Part shown: positions 41,401 to 53,400 of the stretch, in pieces | Numbering within the stretch: the first letter of the stretch is position 1 | Layout of the letters: the number at the start of each line of letters is the position of its first letter | Source of the DNA: Camelus ferus | Taxonomy: Eukaryota | Direction of reading: 5' to 3' | Assembly (NCBI RefSeq): GCF_009834535.1 | Contig: NC_045697.1 | Location: 54,562,001-54,626,000, forward strand | DNA length: 64,000 nucleotides | The notes under the pieces: generated by a model | What the model was told of the DNA's origin: nothing | Databases searched by the model: none | The model's input: the letters and a program-made list of their open reading frames with translations, nothing else | Program-made: the position numbers and the translations under genes

Positions 41401-44400
41401 AGAAGAGTAGTGGGGAGAACTGGAGAGGGTGGTTCTAGAAGCTTGTGTTTAATCTAAAAGGTTTGGTACATGTATCTATAAATGGAAGCGATGCGTAGTT
41501 TATGAATTAAATTTGAAAACAAATGTTGCCTATGATATTGGGGTATGTGTTTATATGTTAAAATATAAATAATGTTGGTATTTTAGTGAGCCAGATAATC
41601 TGGCCAAACACTATACTAACTTCAGGTTATCATTTGATCCTTTAGATCCTTTTTATAGCAATTCTTCAATAAGAAATGAATTGTCAGTGTATCACAACAG
41701 TAGACGAAAACCTGCTGAAGAAGTAAACCAATCATCTAAGAATATTGGGAAAAAAACTGTCCCATTGAAAATGCAGAAGAGAGCTGCTAAAGGCAGCTCA
41801 AGAGCACAGAAAGTTTTAAATGCTAAAGATTCTGGAGGAATTATTGACCATGATGGAATTTCCAGTTGTCCCCAGAATGAGTCTTTGGAAGGTGATGAGG
41901 CAGACTTGGCTAAGAAGAAAAACCTTGATCCTTCTGGGTAATGTCTGTTATGTGTGCAATATAGTTGTTTTTGTTTGGCATTTTAATAATAGTTTGTCTA
42001 TGTTTTATTTACTCATTTATAGAGCAGCAAAATTAGCATAAAGGAGTCTGCATTCTGACAGACCTCGTGGTAAATCCACACTCTGCCATTAGCTAGCTAG
42101 ATGATACCTCAGGCAAAATACTTCTCTGAATATATTTCCTCATCTTCAAATGGGGAATAATATATGGCACATGGGATGTGAGTGATTAATAAGGTAAGTA
42201 TCATTGTCACCTAACAATTGCTTCCTTATTTTAAATTGTGGTAAAAACACATTACATAAAATTTATTTTCTGAATCATTTTTAAATGTATAGTTTGAGTT
42301 GCTTTCTTTTAGGTGAAGTTAATATTACTTCAGTAATCAGGAATACATCTTATTTCTTTTCTTCATAAGATGATAATAGTTAACATCTTTTAGTGGTTAT
42401 TATATATCAAGTATTTGCTAGGTGTTTTCAGTGAATTCTCATGAGTCCTAACAACCTAGTGAGGTATTATTCTTAATGTGTTTTTACTCTTTGATATAAA
42501 CGTTCACTCATTCATTCACTCAAAAAATACTTAATACATATTATGTGTGAGAAACTACAAGGTGCTAGGGATGTATTGATATAAATGTTAGTGTTCTAAA
42601 ATATATTAGTGTATGTCATTATGGTGCAGACTATCTAAACAGTATTGAATAGAGCATTTCCCTGCACTGATATATAATGCCCTCTCTGTCTTATATCACG
42701 TTTCCATATTTACATCAGCCTGTTCCTTATATCATTTAATTTTCATGAAAAATCTTGAAAGGTGAATAGGACAGGTATTAGTTCCAGTTTCATGAAGAAG
42801 AAGGTACATATAGGTTAAATAAGTGTGTCATTGGATACCTAGGTCTTCTGACTACTAATCCAGTTGTTTTTACTGGAATGTATTAACAAAATAGATCTCC
42901 CTTTTATTAAACAAAGCAGATAAGCCTTAGCTATGAGTTGAAAGAAATACTAAGGTGAGGGGAAGGGTATAGCTCAGTGGTAGAATGCATGCCTAGCATG
43001 CATGAGGTCCTGGATTCAATCCCTAGTACCTCCATTAAAAAAATAAATAAGTGAATAAACCTAATTACCCCCCCCCCCGCCAAAAACCCCAACCAAACCA
43101 AAAAAAGAAAGAAAGAAAGAAAGAAAAATATTAAGGCAAAAAAAAAAAAAAGTTGAGTTTTTATGTTGAGTTTGAGTTTGAGCTTGTATCCCTAAAACGA
43201 ACCTTGTTTTATGCACAGTGAGAAGGAGTTAGTCTAGTTAGAAATACCTGAAGTTGACAGTTGATTCAGTATCTGCTTAAGAAAACCTGTTTGGTATCTG
43301 GATTCATAGAAAGAAGGATCTTTCAGACATTTGTTTAGTTAAGCTGTATAGTCATTAAATACTTACTATGTGTAGAAAATCAAGTATATAATTATTTTGG
43401 TATTCTATCTGTCATAAAGTGGAAAGATAAACTTACTTAGTGACTCTTGTGGAAACCTCAAAGATAATTTAGATATAAAAGGCATGTTAGCAGTTTTATT
43501 GTTCTGTATTTAGGAAAGGAAAAAAAAGAGAAAACATTATTACATTATAATATGAGTATGCGTCTGCTTTGTCTAAGGAATCTTCCTGATTAGGAATATT
43601 ATGTGAACTTCTCCTTTATATGAGTAACAGATATTAAAACTTTTAACTTGTTTTAAAGTGCTATTTTTTGCTTCTGATAACCTAGTAACCATGGTCATTA
43701 ATTGAACTACAAGCTAACATCCTTCTTCCCCTCTTAAAGCCTTTAGAAAAAGAAAAATCTTAAAGAGCTAGTGCATTTAAAGTATAAGAAGCAATTTCTT
43801 TGAGTTTCTCTCATTTAAAATTTTTATAAGCATCTAATTTTTATATTATTTCTCTAAGCCATTTGGAATAGAAGCTCACTACATTAGATTTTTTAACAAC
43901 TTAATTGAGGTATAATTCACATGCAGTTCACTCATGAAATGTGTTCAGTTGTATTCATAGAGAAGTGCAAACCATCAAAACAGTTAATTTTAGAACATTT
44001 TCATCACCAGTATCCTTCAGTGATCATCTCCCTGTCCCTCTCCCCAACAACCCTAAGCGACTGCTAACCTACTTTATGTCTCTATAGATTTCTCTTTTCT
44101 GAACTTTCATGTGAATGAAATCACATAGGATCAAGTTTTTTTGTTTGGTTTCTTTCATTTTGTGTATTTTCAAGTTTTATATGTGTTGTACCATGTATCA
44201 GTACTTCATTCCTTTTTATGACTGAGTACTATTTTGTTTTGTTACACCACACTTTGTTTATTCATTTATCCATTGGTGGACATTTGAGTTGCTTCTACCT
44301 TTTGGCTATTACAGAGTAATACTGATAAAAACATTTGTGTACAAGTGGAATTGCCAAGTCATGTAATAACTCTACCTTTAATTTTTTGAGGAACTGCAAG

Positions 44401-47400
44401 ACTGTTTTCCAAAACATTTGCACCATTTTACATTCCTACCAGCAGTGTATGAGGCTTCCAGTGTCTTCACATCCTTGTCAACATTTGTTATTACCTGCCT
44501 TTGATTCTAGCCATTCTAGTTGGTAGGAAATGGTGTTTCATTGAGGTTTTCATTTTCATTTCCATGAGGACTAATGATGTCAAGCATCTTTTGTGTGCTT
44601 ATTGGCCATTTACATATCTTTACAGATTATTTCAGGTCCTTTGCCTAATTTTAAATTGGGTTGTCTTTTTTATTGAATTCTAAGAGGTATTTATGTATTC
44701 TAGATACAACTCTCTTTTCAGATAAATGATTTGCAAATATTCTGTCTCATTCTTTGGGTTGTCTCACTTTCTTGATTGTGTCCTTTGAAGCACAAAAGTT
44801 TTTAATTTTCATAAAGTCTCATTTATCTATTTTGTCTGTTGTTGCTTGTACTTTTGGTGTCATATCTAAGAACCCTTTTCTCAATTCAAATTTAAGAATA
44901 TTTACCCCTGCTTTTTTCCTAAGTTTTAGCTTTTTTATAGTTTTAGCTCTTAAATTTAAGTCTTTGATCCATTTTGAGTTATTTTTTGTATATCCTGTGA
45001 AGGGTCTGACTTCATTCTTTTGCATTGTGACTATCCAGTTGTCCCATAACTATAGAAAAGACATTTATTGCCCCCATTAAATGGGCTTAGCGCCATTTTT
45101 TAAAATCAGCTGACCATAGATGTATAGGTTTATTTCTGGATTCTCAATTTTATTCTGTTGTCTATATCCAGTTGTTTTTTCTAGTACCACACTGTCATGA
45201 TTACCATTGCTTTGAGGTAAGTTTGAAATCAGAAAGTGTGACTTTTCTTTTTCAGGGATATTTTGGCTATTCTGGGTCCCATGCAATTCCATATAAATTC
45301 TAGATTCAGTATATCAATTTCTACAAAGATGTCATTTGGGATTCTGATAGGGATTATGTTGAATCTATCAATTTGAGGAATATTGTCATCTTAACAATGT
45401 CCATTGAGCCATGAAAATGGGATGTTTTTCCTGTTATTTAGATCTTCTTTAATTTTTTTCCAACAGTGTTTTGAGAGTTTAAATTTTACCACTTCTTTTT
45501 GTTTGTTTGTTTTTAAATGGAGGTACTGGGAATTGAACCCAGGACCTCGTCCTAATTAAGCATGTGCTCTGCCCCTGAACTGTTACTCTCCACTACACTT
45601 CTTCTGTTAAATTTATTCCTAAGTATTCCTTTTGATGCTATTGTGAATGAATTCTTTTTAAGTTTCATTTTTGAATTGTCCATTGCAAGTGTATAGAAAT
45701 ACAATTGATTTTTTTGTATGTCAGTCTTTATCCTGCAGCCTTGTTGAACTCATGAGTTAGTTCTGATAGCTTTTTAGTAGATTTTGTAGGACTTTGTAAG
45801 TACAAGATCATGTCATTTGTGATAGTTTTACTTCTTCCTTTCCAATCTGGATGCTTTCACTTTCTTTTTCTTGCATTATTGCCCTGGCTAAAATCTTCAG
45901 TACTATATTCAGTGGACTTCCTTGTCTTGTTTTTAATCTTTGAGGGAAAACATCTAGTCTTTCACCGTTCAATATGTTGTTAGCTGTGGGTTTTCATAGA
46001 TGCCCTTTTATCAAGTTGAGGAAGTTCTTTTTTATTCCTAGTTTGTTGAGTGTTTTTATCATAAAAATACTGCATTTTGTCAAATTTGTTTTTAATCTAT
46101 TGATATGACAATGTGATTTTTTTCTAATTGAGATAATGTATTACATTAATTGATTGTTGGATATTAGACCAAACTTGCATCTCTGGTGTAAATCTCATTC
46201 TGTCATCATGTGTAATTCTGTTTATATGTTGCTAGTAATTTGTGGAGGTGGTGTTTGTTTTTTGGGTTTTTTTGTCTGTAGTTTTCTTGTGATGTGTTTG
46301 TCTGGTTTTGATATCAGGGTGATACTGACTTCACAAAATGAGTTGGGAAGTGCTCTTCTGTTTTTGGAAAAGTTTATGAAGAATTCGTATTAAGTCTTTA
46401 AATAATGGTAGAATTCAGTGGTGAACCTATCTGGGCCTGGGCTTTTCTGGTTAGTTTTTTGATTACTGATTTATCCTATTGTTATAAATTTTTGAGATTG
46501 TTTATTTTTTCTTGAATCACTTGGTAATTTGTGTGTTTCTAGGAATTTGTCCGTTCCATCTAGGTTATCTGATTTGTTGGTGTTTAATTGTTCATAGTAT
46601 TCTCTAATGACCTTTTTTATTTCTTTTGACTCTAGTGGTAGGACCTAGACAGAGACTAGAACCTCCAGAAATAAACTATCAAAGAATACTCAGAAGTTTG
46701 CATGTTCTTTTGTTCTCTTGCATGCAGATTTTTTTCATGTATAATAAGAATAGGCTGGTAGACTGAATCAAGAAGCATATTAAAACAGGACTTGTAAGAG
46801 AAATGTGAGGGAGGAGAGAGAATTATGCGGTCTAGGAATAATGTGTTTACGTATATTTAGGGTAAACCAGTTGGCTGTCAGCTACCAAAGAGATGGGTCT
46901 AGGTCCCTCTGAAAACAATTTCAGTTGTTTGTGGATTTTCATAAACCCATGTTGGATTAACTGTGTAGTATACATCATAAGCTACTCATAGGTAATGTCT
47001 CCCAGTGCCCTCCTGTTATCCTTTCTATCTTTGTTAGGCCGGATCTGTACCATTTCTTTTATCAGAATTTTTCAAATTAGAACTCTTGGTAGGTTCTAGA
47101 AACATAATTTCCTTCCTGGACTAGTTGTAAATTTTAGGACCTGAACAAGGTTATCTGATACTTGTTATAGCCAATATTATATTGTCTACTTACCTCTTTA
47201 ATGTTTCTGGGAGAAATATTTTTTGAAGAAATATGAACAATTATAAACTTTTCATTTTCATAGAGATACAGGAAGCTCAAAGGATCAAGATAGTATGGCT
47301 GCACAAAGTGTGCATCTAAAGTCTCAGATCAATGGATATACATGCAAGACACCAGCAGAGTCTAACTTGGATTCTGGAGAGCCTGGGACCTCAGTTTTGG

Positions 47401-50400
47401 AAGGGAGGTATGCATGTGTTCTAAGGATAATAGGATTTACTCATTGTATTTGTTACCTATTGCCATGTAACAAATTACCCCCAAAGTTTAATTTTAATTT
47501 TGTTAATGGCTTGCAGACATTATTTCACTTTCTGTGGGTAGAAATCTGGGAGAGACTTAGCTGGCTAGTTCAGGCTCAGGGAGTCTCATGAGGTATAGTG
47601 GTCAAGATCTGTTTGGTTTGCATTCCTTTGAAAGCTTGACTGGAACTTGGAGGATCCACTTATATGGTGGCTTGGTCACATAGCTGTTAGCTGCAGGTCA
47701 CAGTTCCTTGTCTTGTGGCTCTCTCCATAGGGCTGTTTAATATGGCAACTGGCTTCCACCAGCAGGTGATCCAAGAGAAAGTGTGACTATGACAGAGGTC
47801 ATAGTACCTTTTAATGACCTGGTCTCTAAAGTCTTCCACTTTATTCTGTTCATTAGAAACAAGTCACTAAGTCTACACCACACTCAGGAAGAGGGGAGTT
47901 AGAATTAGTATGTACCTTTTGAAAGGAACATTATCTAAGAATTTGTGGATATATGTTTAAAGTGAGCATACTCAGTGAGCAAACCAAATAAACCTACTTT
48001 CATAATATCTGAAGTCATATAACCCTTTTTCAAAATGAAGGGATGGTAAATTATAGCAGACTCTCAGACTTCAAAGGGATAGCTAAGATTTCTTTACTAT
48101 TTAGGAACTATGAGACCTGTCCTGGGGTCATAATAGGAGGAAGAGGATCTAGGACTTGAATAAGCTGAATTATCTCTGAACAGTTTCTGGACTGTATTTT
48201 AAATTACTTGTTTTTGGCTGTAGTTTAAAAAAATTAAGATAAGCTGATCATTTCTAATTTTATTTCTTATGGTTTGATTTTTATCAAAGAATGTTATTTG
48301 CATTGACTTAAATTTGTAATTCTGATCCATGAGTTAGTTTGAAAGGTTATAAAATTCAGTATTATTGTGTTTGACAAATCAATTGTGGAACTAAATGGTA
48401 GATTTTGTTTTATGCATGAGTATATTCTTAATGTTCTATAACACCATTCTTGGTTTTATAAGAAAGAAATCTTTGGCAGTTTTAGGAGAAAATTGACCAT
48501 TAAGGTAGATTTATTAGATGTATTTATTCTAAAAACACAAATCTTGTGGTTTGTTTTTTCTTAAGTGGACCTTCCAGGCTCAAGAATTATTTAACGTCTG
48601 GGAAGAATAATTTGGATGTGGATGATAATGAAGTTCAGGAAAGTTCAGGTAAGTTATGATTTATTTTCTACTGTCTTGATTTTTGTAGCATTATGCATAT
48701 GGAGTAAGGTATGCTATGTTTTGTTTAAATTACCACTGGTGGCAAGTGTGTGTTGAGTACCTACTTTTAAGAGCCTTACTTTATGGTTAGAGATTTGTAA
48801 GACCTTGTACCTAGGTGAGAGAGGGAGGGAACTTAGCTTAGCTAGGCGATTCTCATTTTGGCTCTCTCATGCATTTGTAGATGGATGCAGGCCACTGGGG
48901 TTGAGGTCATTTGAAAGAACAGCTGGGCTGGAAGTCCAAGGTGACTTCTTCACCAATATATTTGGTACCCAGCCAGGGTGGCTGAAATAGTTGGGTGGGA
49001 GAGGGGTGGCCAAGCATCTTTTTTTTTCTTTCACATAGCCTTTCCATGTGGTTATCTGGGGTTTCCTCACAGCAATGTAGTCTTGGGGTAATCAATCTTC
49101 ATACATGGTGGCTGTCTTTCCCCAGAGTGAAGTTCCAAGAGACCCAGGTGGAACTTGCATATCTTAGAACTTAGCCTTCAAAATCCCAGAATGTCATCTC
49201 TTCTTAATTTTGTTAGTTGAACTACTCACTAAGGCCAGCGGAGTTCCAAGGAAAAGGGAATTAAACTTTGCCTCTTGATGAAGAACAACATTTGTGCATA
49301 GGAGGAGAAAGAATTGATGGCCGCTATGTTTAGATGCTGTTTACCACACTGAAGTTGAGAACCCTTGACCTAATTGTCACACTGCTAAATTCAGTATAGT
49401 TGAACTGTTTTAGAACTTTAAGGATCATAGATTACATTATTAACATATCAATTATTATCACACCTTGCATTTTAATCCACTGAGTGACTTATTTTGCTTC
49501 AAGTCCATAAGCAATAGAAAGCCTATTTGTTTTTTGTGACTTATAATTGTTATCCGCTTAAGATGTATTAATTGTAGCAAAATCTAGAGACATACTGTAC
49601 TGTTTTTCATGAGTCTTCATTCAGCAATGAAAAGCAAAGGAGGTAAAAAAATGTACTGTCAAGTCAAATTTTATTTTAAAGTATTTATACTGATGTTGAC
49701 TGAGTAACATACTTTAACTCAACATGGAATTAATTAGCAGCCATCACTCATGATATTTCTTGTAAAATTTGCAGATGATTCGAGAGTAAAAAGATCTAAC
49801 TCGACACCAGAGAACAAAATGCATTACAAATTAGGTAAATTATTTTTTCTTAATATTTTCATATTATAAAACCTCTTATTTCTAACTATAGTTTAATTTT
49901 TTTCTCAAGCAGCGGGAAAATATTATTTGGATTAATTGTCAGATAAATTAAACTTTTATATTTAGTTTTCATGGATTTCATGGTAAATCATCACAGGTCA
50001 CTGTGATGATGAGTTTCTTTATTGTTCATTTATAAATCCTACAGTCCTCTCATTCATTGCCCTAGGGAGCTGATCTCACCTAGGGAGCTGATCTCACCTA
50101 GGCTAAGAAGCTAGGGTGGAAAATTCTATAAAATATAACTGCTGGATAGCTGGTATCCCTGACAACTTCTTCCATTTTTATCCAATTCACTTCTAAACAA
50201 AGCAATAACTAGGATAAGTAAATAGGGAAAGTTAGGAGCTAGGGAACCCATGGAGAGGCCCATGTGAGGATGAACTCTGTGGTTCTCAAAGAGATATTTG
50301 CCAGTCAGGGTTCATAGGGCCTCCCAAGTTTGTGGGATTGGAGTGGCTTTTTAATATTTCTCCCTATACTTGAGTCTGTGAGTGTTTCTGTGCTTATACC

Positions 50401-53400
50401 TGAAGAGAAGCAGTAGCAGTGAAGCTTTCTCTGATTGCTCCAACCAAAACCTCACATCTTGTCAGTTAGTATTTTGTGGGCCCATGTGAAGATAGACTGA
50501 TATACTTCTCAGTGCTTAATGCTTATCTTGGAATAGAATATGACTAGAGTGAGGAGCAGGCAAAGAGAAATAAGAATGTCTGTGAGCAGAGGTTTTCAGC
50601 AACCTGAGAGGAAAATCAAGCATTATTCTTAAGAATAGTGGCAGTCTCTGGTGAGCTAGAACTTCTGTGGTAGATGGATAACACTTTTAACAATGAAAGA
50701 AATATGAGTACTTCCAGAGATTTAGTTATATCATAGAAGGCTTTTTAGTCCTAAAGCATAATTTTTCAGTTTAAAAAGTCAGTAGTTGAACAGAAAGTAA
50801 GGATAGTCACTCTTGAGAGCTAAATTAGTAACTGGTGTTGACATGAAAGAAATTTCTCATAACAGAAATACAAAAAACATGGAAACCGTGAAGAAAAAAA
50901 TATGCAATGGAAATAACATGGAAACATCAGCTAAAACATGCAAATTAAAGGAATTCCAGAAAGAAGAAATAAATGGAGGAGTGAAAACAGTTAAAGAAAG
51001 TACTTGTTAAAACTTCCCTGGAGTAAAGATAGGCTTCATCTACAATTTGAACGAGTTTACCAACTGCCAGTCAGAGTTAATGAAAAAGATACACCTCTAG
51101 ATATAAGCTAATAAAATTTCTAAATTTCAAGGATAGAGGAAAGCTTCCAGATGGAAAAGTTACATATAAAGAAGAGAAAATGACTAGCACTGCTTATCTG
51201 TGTAACACTGGAAGAATAAAATAATATATATAGCCTACTTTTAGAAATGTATTATACCATCCTATGTTATAACTAGCCAAGATATCTTTCTTTCTGATAA
51301 GTGAATTTACTTTGCAGATAATGAAATATTAAGTTTAGTATCCTCAATATAAAATATCTGTGTATGGTAATCTAACCAAGTATCATATAAATCAGAACTA
51401 AGTCCAAAGAAAGGAAACAGTGGCGAGGAATAATTCTGAATATATGTGGTTAAATTTAAATAAAGTGTATTTGTTTTCTGTGTACCAAATTACTACAAAT
51501 TTAGTGGTTTAGATAACACACATTTATTATCCCATGGTTTCCATGGGTTAGGAGCCTAGGCACAAATTAGCTGGGTTCTCTGTTCGAGGTTCTCATAGGC
51601 TGCAGTCAGAAGTGTTAGCCTGGGCCATGGTCTTACCTGAGGCTCAAGGTCCTCTTCCAAGCTCATGTGGTTGTTAGCAGAATTCAGTTCCTTGAAACTA
51701 TAGGATTGAGGTACCTGTTTTCTTGGTGTGTGTTAGCCATGGGCCACTGCTCTCAACTTCTGGAGGTCACCTGCAGTTCCTTGTCACATGATTCTTTCCC
51801 TAGGCCCCTTCACAATGTGGCACCTTGCTTCTTCAGAGTCAGCAGAGAATAATTTCTCTCTGCTTCTGCTAGGTAGCATCTTATATGTATAGCCGTGATG
51901 TAGTCACAGGAGTGATTTCCTATCACTTTTACCATATTCTGTTGAATATGTCATAGGTATCTTAGAGAAGGTGATTATACATAGGCATGTCTCATTGCTC
52001 ACACTTTAGGGTGTCTGCTACTTAATGCTAATGTGATTGGGGATTTATAAGTGCTAAGTAATGATTTTTGCAATAATAGCTTGAAATCCAGACCATCTTA
52101 ACAAAACTTGATATGGTGGAGAGGAGAATAGAAGTGGAAGACATGTAATAAAAGTGTAAAAGTTTTATTTTACTAAGTGAGAAAAAGGAGAAGATAACAT
52201 ATCTTGGTAATGGGTATAGTTTTTAATATAATCATGGAGAAATGAGAGTTTGATTTTTGAGTGTCAGGTGTGGGAAGGTAACCAATGTTAGAGTCCAGAA
52301 GCACAGCTAAACTTTGAAAGGACCAAGGTTTGGGGGGTGGGGAAAGAAATGGTATTCTGATCAAACCAATAAAAATGAGGGGAAAAAAGAATCACTAATG
52401 TAAAATAACCAGTAAATATAAAGTAAGATGTGAGGAATAAAAGGAAGCATATTACTTGTTACACTAAGTATGAATGGATTGAATTCCTCTAATAGGATAG
52501 AGACTATCAGAGTTGGTTAAGCAATACAAACTGACCTATATGTTTATAGGAAACACTTCAAGTTTTAAAATAAAAGATTATTAAAGAGTTAGGTAGGCTA
52601 ATGTAAACAAAAAGAAAATAGTAATGTAATTTTAACATTAGATGAAATGAAATTTAAGGTTAAAAGTGCTGAACAGGATAAAGGACTTGCAATAATAATA
52701 AAATTAGCAATTTATTGAGGAAGATAGAAAAATCGTAAACTATTCAGTACCATACAACCTAGCAACCAAAATGTATTAAGAAAAAAAAAACTAAGAAAAG
52801 GCAAGGAGATTTTAATTTAAATAATACAGTTAGACTGGGAGATTTTTTTTTAAAGGAAGTACAGGGGATTGATCCTAGGACCTTGTGTGTGCTAAGCATG
52901 TGCTCTACCACTGAGCTGTACCCTCCCCACCTAGATTGGGAAACTTTGATAAACCACTTTCAGAATTGGACGACCCTAGCTAATCAAAAGTAAAATCATA
53001 GGAAGCTGATTATATAGCCAGCAAACTTAGTCTATAGTTCTTTGCATTGTTCAGATACTTGTGTGTACACACAAACACATGCATACATAATAACTAACCC
53101 TGATTTCTAAATTTTCTGTTGTGGACCATTTATATGGTTTTCAATTTGATTTTTGTTTCCTGATTCTGTTATAAACAGTACTACCATGAATGTTCTTGTA
53201 CTTGTATCTTTGCTCATTTTTCTGAATATTTTTGCAAACTCATTTTCTAAAAATGAAGTTTCTGAGTCAAACAGTATTACAGTTGTAGGTATTGTCAATT
53301 TGTCTTCAATCAGCTTACATTTCTACCTACAGTATATGAGAATTCAGGTGTACCTTTAAAATCATTAGCCATTGGTGTTATTAAATCTTTTCCAATCTAG

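Noticed and set aside
42956..43035. tRNA gene (also the similar copies at 22170, 45517, 52855, 58133, 58562)
   Set aside because: A/B boxes are present, but copies diverge from each other and carry A-rich tails and TSDs, so they are SINEs rather than tRNAs.
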